Shown: positions 7,962 through 18,208 of the stretch, piece after piece
Numbering within the stretch: the stretch's first letter is position 1
How the letters are laid out: each line of letters begins with the position of its first letter
Source of the DNA: Clostridiales bacterium
GTDB lineage: Bacteria; Bacillota; Clostridia; Acetivibrionales; DTU013
Direction: 5' to 3'
DNA: 63,049 bases
NCBI GenBank assembly: GCA_035378685.1
Contig: DAOSUL010000001.1
Coordinates: 1-63,049, forward strand
The notes under the pieces: generated by a model
The model's input: only the letters and a program-made list of their open reading frames with translations
The model's database searches: none
What the model was told of the DNA's origin: nothing
Program-made: the position numbers and the translations under genes

Positions 7962-8960
7962 CTAGAAAATATCATATCTCAGCATGGCAAGCCCGATCAG
8001 GCAGAGTATAATGGTTATCAGCCAGAAAACGCCAACGACCTTTGTTTCCTTCCATCCCGACAACTCGAAATGGTGATGTATGGGTGCCATTTTGAAAACT
8101 CTCCTGCCCCTCAGTTTGAATGAAACTACCTGGATGAATACCGAAAGGCTTTCCACAGCATATATCGCACCTGCCACCAGCAGCATCCATGGAATTTTCA
8201 TCATTACGGCCGCGGCTCCTACAACTCCTCCTAAGGCAAGTGAACCCGTGTCGCCCATGAAGACCCTTGCAGGGTAGATATTGAATACAAGAAAGCCGAG
8301 ACATCCGCCGGCCGTGATCGCGCAAATCATCTTCACGCTGTCCCATTCAGGCTTCATCATCGCCACTATCGTGAAAAACACCGCAACTATCAGTGTCACG
8401 CCCGCAGCAAGCCCGTCGACACCGTCGGTCATGTTCACCGAGTTGGTAATAAGGTACATGACGATTATGATGAGCGGTATGTACAACAGGAGAGGAAGCT
8501 CCACCACCGCGTCGACGCCCAGGAACGGCAGTATCATCCCGGTCCCGATATCCGGATGGTACGCTGTGTAGAACGCGAAAGCGGCCGACACCAGGAGCAG
8601 GCCGAACGACTTCTGCTTCGGACTGAGCCCGTCCGAGTTCTTTCTGACGACTTTTATCATATCGTCCGCAAAGCCTATCGCAGCATACCCCAATGTGACC
8701 AGCAGCACGGGTATTATGCCGGGATGGCCCGGAGCAAGGACAAGTGACGTGATTATCATCGGTATTATGAAAATAAGGCCTCCGATGGTAGGTATCCCCA
8801 TCTTTTTCAAATGCGTCGCAGGGCCGTCGTTTCTCACCGTCTGTCTGAATTTCAGACGTTTGAGCATCGGTATTATGATAGGACCGGCTATGACCGTCAT
8901 TATGAATGTTCCGGCAAAAGCTGCCACTTCCGTTGACTTCAATATGAATTCCAAGTCCAT
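7962..8960 (-). CDS. mraY: Phospho-N-acetylmuramoyl-pentapeptide transferase
   Basis: 332 aa with MraY motifs (GPxTHxxKxGxPTxGG, NxxNxTDGxDGLA, APIHHHFE). Confidence 0.95.
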   Translation of the reverse strand: MDLEFILKSTEVAAFAGTFIMTVIAGPIIIPMLKRLKFRQTVRNDGPATHLKKMGIPTIGGLIFIIPMIITSLVLAPGHPGIIPVLLVTLGYAAIGFADDMIKVVRKNSDGLSPKQKSFGLLLVSAAFAFYTAYHPDIGTGMILPFLGVDAVVELPLLLYIPLIIIVMYLITNSVNMTDGVDGLAAGVTLIVAVFFTIVAMMKPEWDSVKMICAITAGGCLGFLVFNIYPARVFMGDTGSLALGGVVGAAAVMMKIPWMLLVAGAIYAVESLSVFIQVVSFKLRGRRVFKMAPIHHHFELSGWKETKVVGVFWLITIILCLIGLAMLRYDIF

Positions 8961-8995
8961 TCCCCCGTGTTTTTATAAATGTGCATTCCGGTGCA

Positions 8996-10369
8996 TTATC
9001 CGCTGATCAGTGAATTAACGATCTCTTCCATCATCATCCCCCTGGATCCTTTGACCAGTATGGCGTCTCCCTCGCGGATGATATCCTGGAGATAACGGAT
9101 AGCTTCGCCGTTATTTGCCAGTACGACTATCCCGGACCCGGGGAATCCTGCCTCCATTGCACCTTCCGCTATATGTGCGGCAGCCTGGCCTACCGTGATT
9201 ATCATGTCTGTACGGCTGCCGGCCACATATGCGCCTGTTTCTTTGTGCGCGACGGTGCTCCAGCTCCCAAGTTCAAGCATGTCGCCCAGAACGGCTATCC
9301 TTCTTTCCGCTTCTATCTCATTCAGTACGTCTATCGCAGCCTTTACAGACTGCGGACTTGCATTGTAGGCATCATTTATGACTGTCAGCCCGTTTGACTT
9401 CAAAATATTGAGCCGCATGCTCCCGGGAGTGTACCCTGCGATCCCGCTTATCAGCAGATCTGCCGGCACCCCGAGTTCATGGCCTGCCGCAAGAGCCGCC
9501 AGCGCGTTGTAAACATTGTGTACGCCGGGGGCAGGTACATGTACGTTATACTCGTTTCCATCCAGCTTAATGTTGAAGTCTGTTCCCTTTTCTCCCTTGG
9601 ACCTGATGTTGTATGCCTGGTAGTCAACATCTTCCTCAAGGCCGTACGACACTGTCCTCACTTCAAGCAGGTCCTTCACGCCGTTCAGCATGACATCATC
9701 GCCGTTGAGTATCAGTACGCCGTCAGGCTGCAGGCCTTCGATCAGTTCCAGTTTTGCTCTCAGGATGTCCTGCCTCGAGCCCAGCTTCTCTATATGAGAC
9801 AAACCAATATTGGTTATTATTCCCACTTTAGGCTTCACAATACGCGTCAGTGCCCTGATCTCACCGAAACCGCTCATGCCCATCTCTATGACTGCAGCCT
9901 CATGTCCCGGTTCCAGCCTGAAAATCGTCAGCGGAACGCCGATCTCATTATTCAGGTTCCCTTCATTTTTCAGCACATTGTACCGTGCTCCCAGCGCACA
10001 TGCAACCATATCCTTGGTGCTGGTTTTCCCAACGCTTCCCGTTATTCCGACGAACGGGATGTCAAACCTGTCCCTGTAATATAAAGCAAGATCATGGAGT
10101 GCTTTGAGCGTATCTTCGACCTTTATCACAATTCTGCCGGGGAAATCTGCTGCTTCCCTGTCGGTCATGACTGCAACGGCCCCGTTTGCAAAAGCTTCTG
10201 TGAGAAAATCGTTCCCGTCGAACCTCTCACCCTTCAGTGCAATAAAAAGACTTCCGGGGTTGATTTTCCGCGAGTCTGTCGATATATCCCCGACCAGGAC
10301 GCTGCTGTCCCCTCCCTGGAGTTTTCCCTGTGTAGCTTCCATGATTTCACTTATTTTCAATCCGATCAT
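8996..10369 (-). CDS. murF: UDP-N-acetylmuramoyl-tripeptide--D-alanyl-D-alanine ligase
   Basis: 457-aa Mur ligase with P-loop GITGSVGKTSTK. Positioned between murE and mraY. Confidence 0.9.
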   Translation of the reverse strand: MIGLKISEIMEATQGKLQGGDSSVLVGDISTDSRKINPGSLFIALKGERFDGNDFLTEAFANGAVAVMTDREAADFPGRIVIKVEDTLKALHDLALYYRDRFDIPFVGITGSVGKTSTKDMVACALGARYNVLKNEGNLNNEIGVPLTIFRLEPGHEAAVIEMGMSGFGEIRALTRIVKPKVGIITNIGLSHIEKLGSRQDILRAKLELIEGLQPDGVLILNGDDVMLNGVKDLLEVRTVSYGLEEDVDYQAYNIRSKGEKGTDFNIKLDGNEYNVHVPAPGVHNVYNALAALAAGHELGVPADLLISGIAGYTPGSMRLNILKSNGLTVINDAYNASPQSVKAAIDVLNEIEAERRIAVLGDMLELGSWSTVAHKETGAYVAGSRTDMIITVGQAAAHIAEGAMEAGFPGSGIVVLANNGEAIRYLQDIIREGDAILVKGSRGMMMEEIVNSLISG

Positions 10370-10384
10370 AATTACTCCTCTTTG

Positions 10385-11836
10385 TCAGAAGTCTTTATCA
10401 AGTATTTCCCGAACTATTTCCCTTTCATCAAAATGTACCGTCACATCTCCAAATACCTGGTATGTTTCATGCCCCTTACCTGCCAGCAGTACCACGTCTC
10501 CTGCGGATGCGGAAGCCAGGGCATGCCTTATGGCTTCCTTCCGGTCTGTTATGCATGTATACCTTCCCGAAGTGTTCCTGATACCCTCCTCGATCTCCCT
10601 GATGATGGCATCGGGATCTTCAGTCCTCGGATTGTCCGAAGTTATCACCGTATAGTCCGCATACCGTCCCGATACGGCTCCCATCATGGGCCTTTTGGCC
10701 CTGTCCCTGTCACCGCCGCAGCCGAAAACGCATATGACTTTTCCTCCGGCAAATGCTTTGACCGTTGCAAGTATGTTTTCGAGGCTGTCGGGCGTATGAG
10801 CATAATCTATTATAACACTAAAGTCACGACCCGTCTCCACCGGTTCGGCCCTTCCGGGCACCTGCACCTTTTCGAGTCCCAGAGCGACAGTATCTCCCGG
10901 GATACCCGCAATGCCGCACACGCTTGCTGCCGCAAGTGCGTTGTATATGGTAAATTTGCCAGGTATATTAACGCTGAAGCTCCTGTTGTACCACGGCGAT
11001 ACCATGTCGAACCTCACCCCTCCCGGCAGATAAACCGGGTTTACTGCTTTGATATCCGCATCGCCGTCCAGGCTGTATGTCAATATCTCGCACTCCGCCT
11101 TTTCGATCACCCTGTCAGCCCAGCTGCCGTCCCTGTTCACCAGTCCGGTCCTGCAGTACCTGAACAAAAGGGTTTTTGCTTCCAGGTATTCTTCCATGCT
11201 TGCGTGTTCTGACGGACTTATATGGTCCCTCGAGAGGTTCGTGAACACCCCTGTATCGAAATCGCAGTATTTGACCCTGTCAAGGGCAAGACCCTGGGAG
11301 GACACTTCCATAACAACATCCTGGACTCCATCATCTGCCATCTGCGCAAAAAGCTGCTGCAGATCCAGCGATTCCGGAGTGGTCCTCTCTGTCAGCAGCA
11401 TCCGGTCGCCGATCCTGACGCCAAGGGTCCCTATCATGCCCGTCTTTCTTCCCGCCGCTTCGAGTATGGATCTGATCATGAAGCAGGTCGTCGTTTTGCC
11501 TTTCGTTCCCGTAACGCCGATCAGATTGAACCTGGCCGACGGGTGTCCGAAAAACTTGTCTGATACGTATGCCAACGCTGTTCTTGTGTTTCTTACCAAT
11601 ATAACGGGCGCCTCCGCTTCCAGCACGAGCGGTTTTTGCGCGATAAACGCGGCAGCCCCGTACTCCAGGGCCTGCTTCGCATAGGTGTGGCCGTCTGTTT
11701 TTTTGCCGTCTATGCAGACGAACAGACAGCCTTCGCCGACATTCCTGGAATCGTAAGCGATCCCTTTTATATCAACATTTAGATTTTCTCCTGCGTAAAG
11801 GATATCCAATCCATTGATCAGATCAGTCAGCAGCAT
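10385..11836 (-). CDS. murE: UDP-N-acetylmuramoyl-L-alanyl-D-glutamate--2,6-diaminopimelate (or lysine) ligase
   Basis: 483-aa Mur ligase with GVTGTKGKTT P-loop and DYAHTPD motif. Confidence 0.9.
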   Translation of the reverse strand: MLLTDLINGLDILYAGENLNVDIKGIAYDSRNVGEGCLFVCIDGKKTDGHTYAKQALEYGAAAFIAQKPLVLEAEAPVILVRNTRTALAYVSDKFFGHPSARFNLIGVTGTKGKTTTCFMIRSILEAAGRKTGMIGTLGVRIGDRMLLTERTTPESLDLQQLFAQMADDGVQDVVMEVSSQGLALDRVKYCDFDTGVFTNLSRDHISPSEHASMEEYLEAKTLLFRYCRTGLVNRDGSWADRVIEKAECEILTYSLDGDADIKAVNPVYLPGGVRFDMVSPWYNRSFSVNIPGKFTIYNALAAASVCGIAGIPGDTVALGLEKVQVPGRAEPVETGRDFSVIIDYAHTPDSLENILATVKAFAGGKVICVFGCGGDRDRAKRPMMGAVSGRYADYTVITSDNPRTEDPDAIIREIEEGIRNTSGRYTCITDRKEAIRHALASASAGDVVLLAGKGHETYQVFGDVTVHFDEREIVREILDKDF

Positions 11837-11970
11837 GGGATTGTCTCCTTTACTATCAACTACCTGTTAAGCTACATACCCGTCATCTCCATTCCTTCCG
11901 GCTGCCGCAGGCTTTCAGAAACCCCGGAAGCCGTTTCCTTTGTGTTTCGCAATAATGTCAAGGTGTATAA

Positions 11971-14172
11971 TCATTCGACATTGTCCATGTTCCTGAATTC
12001 AACTTCAACAACAGTACCTTTTTCGATCACAGTGCCCGGCTTATACTGCTGCCTGTATGCGGTCCCGTTTCCGGACACCTTTATGTTCAGTCCTAGGCGG
12101 TTCATGGCATAGGCCGCCTCCGATATCGTTTTTCCGGACAGGTCCGGCATCGCGACAGTCTTTGATTCTTCAGGCCTGTATGTGTAGAGGATCACCACCG
12201 AGTCCTCGGGAACGACCGCATTCGGTTTCGGTGTCTGCTGCAGGACGATGCTCTCGGTATTCCCTTCCCCTTCGATGTCATATTTCAGTCCGGCGGCTTT
12301 AAGCGCCTTCACCGCTTCTCCCACGGACTTGTTCCTGACCTCCGGAACTGTCACGGCAGCTGCCATGGATTTCATATCTTCATCTGTGTATCTTCTCTCA
12401 ACCTGCATGTAACTGAGAGTATCCTCGATGATCTTGCCTACAACAGGTGCAGCTATGACGCCGCCCATATGGGATTCCCCCCTCGGGTCAAACAGGGCGA
12501 CGAGCACGACTACCTTCGGATCGTCCGCAGGCGCGAATCCGCAGAAGGATGCTATGTAGACATCCTCCTTGGTCGTCTCTGATGTGCCGGTCTTGCCTCC
12601 TACCCGGTAACCCCTGACATAGGCATTGTTTCCTGTACCCTTTGGATCTGAGACTACTCCTTCGAGAATATTCCTCATGATGTCAGATGTCTGTTTTGAA
12701 ATCACAGTCCTGACCACTTCAGGCTCAAACCTGGTGACAACATTGCCCCCGGAATCGGTCAGTTCTTTCACAAGGCGTGGCTTCATCAGTTTGCCGCCGT
12801 TCACTATCGCACAGTATGCAGTCGCCAGCTGCAGCGGCGTTATCGTGAACCTCTGTCCGAATGAAGCCACGGCCATATCTATCTCCTTCGGTTTCGTCTG
12901 GAACTGGGATCTGGCTTCCCCCATCAGTTCGATCCCTGTTTTGTCCATGAACCCGAATGCCCTGACATAGCTGTAGAAACGTTCGATCCCAAGGCTCTGG
13001 GCTACCTTGACGAATGCCGGGTTGCATGAGTTGTAAACAGCTTCCCTGAATGTTTCTGTCCCGTGCGGCCTTCCTACGCGCCAGCAGTTTATCGGTCTGG
13101 GCCAGCCCGTGACCTTTATCGGAAAGTCATCTGTTATGGTATCAGGCGTTACGACGCCTTCCTCTATACCTGCAGATGCGGTTATGCTTTTGAAGGTGGA
13201 ACCGGGTTCATAAGTATCGGAAACGGCCTTGTTTCTCCAAACAGTTCTGCTGAGTATTTCTACCGTTTCTTTGCTCCGTTCCTTCCACTCAGAAGGGTCG
13301 ATATCGATTTCAATATTCCCGGGGTATGCGAATGGTCTGTTGAGGTCATAGTCGGGCTTTGACACCATCGCAAGCACGTCGCCCGTATCAGGGTCCATGA
13401 CGATACCGACGGCGCCGCCCATAACTTTGTTATCTGCGATTGCCTTGTCAAGCGATTTCGAGACAAGATACTGGATAGTCTCATCAACGGTGAGAACCAC
13501 ATTCAGGCCATCCTGTGCATCTATGCGTTTTTCGCGTTCCGAAGGGACTGCGCTTCCTCTTGCGTCAACTTCGCTCAGTATCTTACCAGGTACGCCCTTC
13601 AGGTATTTGTCCATGACTTCTTCAATGCCGCCCATCAGCCCCTGGTTGTCGTCCCCGGTGAATCCAAGTATATGCGACATCAGGTTGCCCCCGGGGTAAT
13701 ACCTTTTGGCATCCTCATCGATGTTTATGCCTCTGACGCTGTTTTCACTGATCCATGTCCTTATTTGTATCTCGGTTTCTCTGTCCACTTTCCTTTTTAT
13801 TATCGCACTGCTCACGTTTTTTGTGATTATGCCGTATACAGTGTCTTTGTCCATTGACAGAAACTGTGCAAGGTCTTCAGCTATCTTTTCCTTCGTCAGC
13901 TTTTTGTTTTTTGCGATTTCATTGGGATTGCAGCTTATGGTGGCAGCCTGTACACTGATGGCCAGTTTTTTCCCGTTCCTGTCATATATGGTACCCCTGA
14001 TGGGACTTATGACCCTGCCGGTATTTTGCTGTATGAAAGCTTTCTTCTGCAGTTCATATCCCTGTACGAACTGTATCTGGGCGATCCTTCCGATGAGAAA
14101 AAGGACAATCACAGTAAAGGACACGAGCAGGACCATCAGTCGTTTTTTGGTTGCCATTCCCGGTGCCGCCAT
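11971..14172 (-). CDS. Class B penicillin-binding protein (FtsI/SpoVD-like) with two C-terminal PASTA domains
   Basis: 733 aa with an N-terminal TM helix. Transpeptidase motifs STFK and KTGT are present, followed by two PASTA-like repeats. dcw context. Confidence 0.9.
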   Translation of the reverse strand: MAAPGMATKKRLMVLLVSFTVIVLFLIGRIAQIQFVQGYELQKKAFIQQNTGRVISPIRGTIYDRNGKKLAISVQAATISCNPNEIAKNKKLTKEKIAEDLAQFLSMDKDTVYGIITKNVSSAIIKRKVDRETEIQIRTWISENSVRGINIDEDAKRYYPGGNLMSHILGFTGDDNQGLMGGIEEVMDKYLKGVPGKILSEVDARGSAVPSEREKRIDAQDGLNVVLTVDETIQYLVSKSLDKAIADNKVMGGAVGIVMDPDTGDVLAMVSKPDYDLNRPFAYPGNIEIDIDPSEWKERSKETVEILSRTVWRNKAVSDTYEPGSTFKSITASAGIEEGVVTPDTITDDFPIKVTGWPRPINCWRVGRPHGTETFREAVYNSCNPAFVKVAQSLGIERFYSYVRAFGFMDKTGIELMGEARSQFQTKPKEIDMAVASFGQRFTITPLQLATAYCAIVNGGKLMKPRLVKELTDSGGNVVTRFEPEVVRTVISKQTSDIMRNILEGVVSDPKGTGNNAYVRGYRVGGKTGTSETTKEDVYIASFCGFAPADDPKVVVLVALFDPRGESHMGGVIAAPVVGKIIEDTLSYMQVERRYTDEDMKSMAAAVTVPEVRNKSVGEAVKALKAAGLKYDIEGEGNTESIVLQQTPKPNAVVPEDSVVILYTYRPEESKTVAMPDLSGKTISEAAYAMNRLGLNIKVSGNGTAYRQQYKPGTVIEKGTVVEVEFRNMDNVE

Positions 14173-14263
14173 CCAAACCTCTCCTCCGATCGTAAATAAA
14201 AAAGACTATAGACCGTGCAAAAAATAAATTTTACACTATCCACAGTCTATGCTAGCTGTAACC

Positions 14264-14297
14264 GCCGGGCATGCCAACCTTCATCTTTATGCCCGGC
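14264..14297 (-). other. Intra-operon stem-loop immediately after ftsL
   Basis: GCCGGGCAT / ATGCCCGGC forms a 9-bp perfect stem with a 16-nt loop. There is no U-tract on the transcribed strand. Confidence 0.4.
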
Positions 14298-14300
14298 CTG

Positions 14301-14789
14301 CTATTCGAAAAGCTTAAGAAATCCGGCTGCTCTGTTGATGAGCTTTGACATGGCGTTCTCGTTTTTTTCATCTTTTGCGTCCGCAGACATCAGTACTGTA
14401 TAATCATTCCTGGGAACTTTTATGTATATTATCTGGTTTTTGTCCGGCATCTGCATTCCAAGCCTGTTTTCTGCTATTTCCTTTATTTCGTTCAAATCGG
14501 TCTTGGTTTCTATCTGAACTCTGAGCAGCGAGTTTTCGTTCCTTATCATTTCATATGCTTTCTGCCTCTGGTTTATCTGGTAACCGATCCTGGTAATTAT
14601 GGCATATCTGCACATCACGGCAAGGCCGGCGGCGAACACCGCGAGGATCGCCATGACCATCCTGAGTTTTATCTTTCTGTGGCTTCTGTATGTTTTTTTC
14701 GCCTTCAGTACCTGGTTCTCTTCATAGACATCGTATTCGAGCTGTCTGGCAGCAGAACCATATACGTACTCATAACCCATCTGATTCAA
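14301..14789 (-). CDS. ftsL: Cell-division protein FtsL-like (septum formation initiator family)
   Basis: 162 aa with one TM helix (MVMAILAVFAAGLAVM) followed by a coiled-coil-like region. Positioned upstream of the PBP. TTG start follows GAGGTG. Confidence 0.7.
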   Translation of the reverse strand: MNQMGYEYVYGSAARQLEYDVYEENQVLKAKKTYRSHRKIKLRMVMAILAVFAAGLAVMCRYAIITRIGYQINQRQKAYEMIRNENSLLRVQIETKTDLNEIKEIAENRLGMQMPDKNQIIYIKVPRNDYTVLMSADAKDEKNENAMSKLINRAAGFLKLFE

Positions 14790-15341
14790 TTGTATTCACC
14801 TCTGATGCGATATATGCCTTGTCTTTTGCCCTTGATGCCTGACCCGGCTTTCCATGCGCATGGCTCTTTCAGCGCTATTTATTGGGTTTCGGGAACCGGT
14901 CGGAGGACCGATCCCCTGCACCTCTCATTTCTTTTGTATTTTCCACGCTCATCATTCGCTTTTACGGCAGCCCTTCCCGGATATCGGACTCACGGTCCTC
15001 AAGGTCCCGCTGCTTTTTCTCATGTCGATCCGTCAGGTCATCATCCGTATCTGTTTGCTTTGTCTTTTGTTTTGTTCTTTTAGTTTTGTGCTTTCTCTTT
15101 TGTGTCCCCGTTATTTCTTTTGTGCCTCGTGATCTTCTCCGCAGTATTTCAGGATCTTGTCTTTCGTCTGCCGGTCAGTCGTCATTTGCGGTCTATTCCA
15201 GCTGCTTTAGCAGCAACAGTACTTTTGTAATTTTTCATCAGCAATGTCCGATGCTTTTAATTTCAGAAATTTATCTTTTGTATATCGTTGCAGCCGGCTG
15301 TGGACAGCAACACTGCAATTTGTCTTTTGCATGAAACTTTG

Positions 15342-16280
15342 TCACAGCTTCATCGCTGTCCTCATCTTCGCGCTCCTGGCCCTCGGATTGCGCTCCACTT
15401 CCTCTTCCGAAGGGAGCACAGGTTTTCTGGTCAGTATCCTGAGTTCCGGCTTTTTCCCGCATACGCACGCCGGGAATGACGGCGGGCATTCACAGGGGTT
15501 TTCACGTTTCTGGAACTCGGTTTTCACTATCCTGTCTTCCAGTGAGTGGAATGTTATGATCGTAAGCCTTCCTCCGGGTTTCAGCAGCGATACCGCACCC
15601 TCTATTGCCTCCTTCAGAGCGCCGAGTTCGTCATTTACTGCGATCCTGAGCGCCTGGAACGTCCTTTTCGCTGGATGCGGTCCGTTTCTTCTGGCCCTGG
15701 CCGGTATGGCCGCTTTTATGATCTCGGCAAGCTGCCCTGTGGTTTCGATCCTGTTCCTGGACCTTGCTTCAACTATAAATGAAGCTATCCTGGACGCCCA
15801 TTTTTCTTCTCCGTATTCACGGATTATGTCCCTCAGCTCTTCTTCAGGATACGTGTTTACGATCGTGGCGGCATCAAGCGGATTGTCCCTGTCCATCCTC
15901 ATGTCAAGCGGTGCATCTTTCTGATAGCTGAATCCGCGCCCGGCCTCATCCAGTTGGTGGGAAGAGACTCCAATATCGAGCAGTATACCGTCGACCCTGT
16001 CGAACCCGCGCTGTCTCACCAGGTCCGCCATATACCGGAAGTTCCCTTTTATCAGTACCAGGCCTGCATTTTTACGGACTTTTGCAAGCCTTTCCTCCGA
16101 CGCTTTTATGGCATCGGCGTCCTGGTCGATCCCGATAAGCGTTCCCTTGTCCAACCTTCTGATTATCTCCGACGAATGGCCGGCACCACCCACCGTTCCG
16201 TCGATATATATGCCATCTTTGTCTATGTCCAGGCTGGCTATGCATTCTTCCAGCATCACAGGCTTATGATCGAACTGCAT
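15342..16280 (-). CDS. rsmH: 16S rRNA (cytosine1402-N4)-methyltransferase
   Basis: 312 aa with HxPVML start, [13 protein letters not shown] motif and [12 protein letters not shown]. Confidence 0.95.
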   Translation of the reverse strand: MQFDHKPVMLEECIASLDIDKDGIYIDGTVGGAGHSSEIIRRLDKGTLIGIDQDADAIKASEERLAKVRKNAGLVLIKGNFRYMADLVRQRGFDRVDGILLDIGVSSHQLDEAGRGFSYQKDAPLDMRMDRDNPLDAATIVNTYPEEELRDIIREYGEEKWASRIASFIVEARSRNRIETTGQLAEIIKAAIPARARRNGPHPAKRTFQALRIAVNDELGALKEAIEGAVSLLKPGGRLTIITFHSLEDRIVKTEFQKRENPCECPPSFPACVCGKKPELRILTRKPVLPSEEEVERNPRARSAKMRTAMKL

Positions 16281-16322
16281 CCTTTTCCTCCCGGCGGCTC
16301 TGTATACCGCAGATCCTCCACA

Positions 16323-16754
16323 CTAAATACCAAGCATCGCAAACGTTTCCGACAGGCTTTCCGGGCTGAGGCTGTCGCCACTCATGTATTTTTCCCACCT
16401 GTCTCTGCTCCATACTTCGACCCTGTTTCCTACGCCAACTATTGTAACCTCTTTTTCGAGTCCCGCATGAGCCCGAAGTTCCGGAGGTATCAGTATGCGA
16501 TAATGGCTGTCTACCTTGCACTCTGCCGCGCTCGAGAAGAAAAACCTGCTGAATTCGCGCGCTTTAGTGTTTGAAAGTGGCAGCGTCTCTATTTTCTCCA
16601 CGAGACTGTTCCATTTTGGCATGGAAAAGATGAAAAGACACCCTTCCAGCCCTTTCGCTATCATGAACTTCACGTCGAGTTCTTCCCTGAAAGCAGCCGG
16701 AATGATTATCCTGCCCTTTGGATCTATAGTGTGCTGGTATTCACCATAGAACAA
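16323..16754 (-). CDS. mraZ: Transcriptional regulator MraZ
   Basis: 143 aa with MFxGEY start and two DxKGR(I/L)xIP-type SpoVT/AbrB repeats. TTG start follows GAGGTG. Confidence 0.95.
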   Translation of the reverse strand: MFYGEYQHTIDPKGRIIIPAAFREELDVKFMIAKGLEGCLFIFSMPKWNSLVEKIETLPLSNTKAREFSRFFFSSAAECKVDSHYRILIPPELRAHAGLEKEVTIVGVGNRVEVWSRDRWEKYMSGDSLSPESLSETFAMLGI

Positions 16755-16784
16755 CTAATCCACCTCACACACTATCAACTTCGG

Positions 16785-16814
16785 ACCACTTTCACCCACT
16801 TTGTCCCACTTCAC
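16785..16814 (-). promoter_or_regulatory. Putative MraZ operator: three 10-nt-phased direct repeats
   Basis: Minus strand reads GTGAAGTGGG ACAAAGTGGG TGAAAGTGGT, just downstream of the candidate -10. It resembles reported MraZ boxes (AAAGTG(G/T) / TGGGN repeats). Confidence 0.6.
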
Positions 16815-16818
16815 TTAC

Positions 16819-16847
16819 ATTTTAAATCAAATTTGTGGAATAATCAA
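16819..16847 (-). promoter_or_regulatory. Candidate sigma-A promoter of the mraZ/dcw operon
   Basis: Minus strand reads TTGATT - 17 nt - TAAAAT. Confidence 0.55.
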
Positions 16848-16890
16848 GCACCATTTGGAATATTTTTTAAGGATAGGACCACAGAACCAT

Positions 16891-16917
16891 AAAAAAACCC
16901 GCCATTCCGGCGGGTTT
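16891..16917 (-). terminator. Rho-independent terminator after the rodA-like gene
   Basis: Minus strand reads AAACCCGCC-GGAAT-GGCGGGTTT followed by a T-run. Confidence 0.8.
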
Positions 16918-17001
16918 CATGCATGACGGCAGCATCGGTGCTTTCATTACCCAAAAATCAGCACCGTAATCACCATATATTTTCAGTGTACCTGGAACCT
17001 G

Positions 17002-18159
17002 TTATGAAGAACTCCTGTAAGGATTCCTTTTCCTTCTCATCGAAACGCTCAAAAGTATACCAACATTAAGGTAGTTTGCTATGAGGGAACTGTTGCCCTG
17101 GCTCACGAAAGGAAGCGGTATCCCTGTAACGGGCAGCAGACCTATGCACATGCCGATATTCTCTATGAAATGGAATGCAAACATCGCAGTGATGCATATG
17201 ACCATGAACGAACCGTATGGATCCCTCGAATTCATGGATATATACACGCACCTGAACAGAAAGAAGAACACGATCAGTATGAACGCGACCGATCCTACAA
17301 ATCCCATTCCTTCTCCGATCACTGAGAAAATAAAGTCCGTTTCCTGCTTAGGCACAGCGTACGTACCAGCCTGGCTGTCAAGCCTGCCAAAAATGCCCTT
17401 GCCAAAAAGCTGGCCTGATCCGATGGCCATTTTTGACCGGTAAACCTGGAGGCCGGAACCCAAAAGGTCAGATTCCGGAAAAATAAAGGATATTATCCTG
17501 CTACGTATATGGTCGAACTGCTTCATCGGAAGGACATAGAACCACAGAACAGGAGCAGCTGCCACGAACAATCCCGCTGCTATCAGAAAATACCTGTACG
17601 GTATCCCGTATATGAAAAGCATGACGACAAAGGAAAAAACAAACACCATTGCTGTTCCGACATCAGGCTGCATCAGCACGAGTGCAACCGGCAGGATCGC
17701 ATACACAATCAGCTTGACCGCATTTTTGCCAATGTCCTTGCCTTCTTTCAGTCTCTCGAAAAAAACCGGCAGAAGTACCGCATATGCGACCTTGGCCAGC
17801 TCAGAAGGCTGAAAAGCACCTATTACCGGAACCGGGAGCCAGCTCTTGCTCCCGTAGATCCTCATACCTTTGATAAGAACCAGCACAAGAAGCACTATGC
17901 TGCCAATGTAGAGAAAAATGCCAAGTGTCCGGAAATCTTTATAGTCGATGGCACTGATAACGATTGCCGCCACTATGCCTATACACAGGCAGATGACCTG
18001 TTTGAGCCATACACTGGAAACACCCTCTCCCCCCAAAGCACTCTTGAGAGATACGACACCATAAAGTGACATGAGTATAACGGAAATAAACAGCATATAG
18101 TCAAACTGCCTGAGATAGTCAGTGCCTTTTGTCTTTTCTACGTAAAACATTCGATCCAC
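17002..18159 (-). CDS. SEDS-family protein (RodA/FtsW-like)
   Basis: 385-aa polytopic membrane protein with QPSELAK and GIPLPFVSQG motifs. This is the second SEDS paralogue in the window. Confidence 0.85.
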   Translation of the reverse strand: MDRMFYVEKTKGTDYLRQFDYMLFISVILMSLYGVVSLKSALGGEGVSSVWLKQVICLCIGIVAAIVISAIDYKDFRTLGIFLYIGSIVLLVLVLIKGMRIYGSKSWLPVPVIGAFQPSELAKVAYAVLLPVFFERLKEGKDIGKNAVKLIVYAILPVALVLMQPDVGTAMVFVFSFVVMLFIYGIPYRYFLIAAGLFVAAAPVLWFYVLPMKQFDHIRSRIISFIFPESDLLGSGLQVYRSKMAIGSGQLFGKGIFGRLDSQAGTYAVPKQETDFIFSVIGEGMGFVGSVAFILIVFFFLFRCVYISMNSRDPYGSFMVICITAMFAFHFIENIGMCIGLLPVTGIPLPFVSQGNSSLIANYLNVGILLSVSMRRKRNPYRSSS

Positions 18160-18208
18160 CCTGTCGATCCGTCAGGCTGTGCAGCGAGCACATCCAGGAT
18201 CGGAATAG

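Noticed and set aside
14962-15174. A 70-codon stop-free frame encoding a K/R/T/Q/D/E-rich peptide in the rsmH-ftsL spacer, plus a 41-aa ORF (15332-15207) ending in CCC.
   Set aside because: The long frame has no ATG, GTG or TTG. No Shine-Dalgarno sequence precedes either ORF. A T-poor, purine-rich strand is expected to be depleted in stop codons by chance. The region is reported as an unexplained spacer instead.
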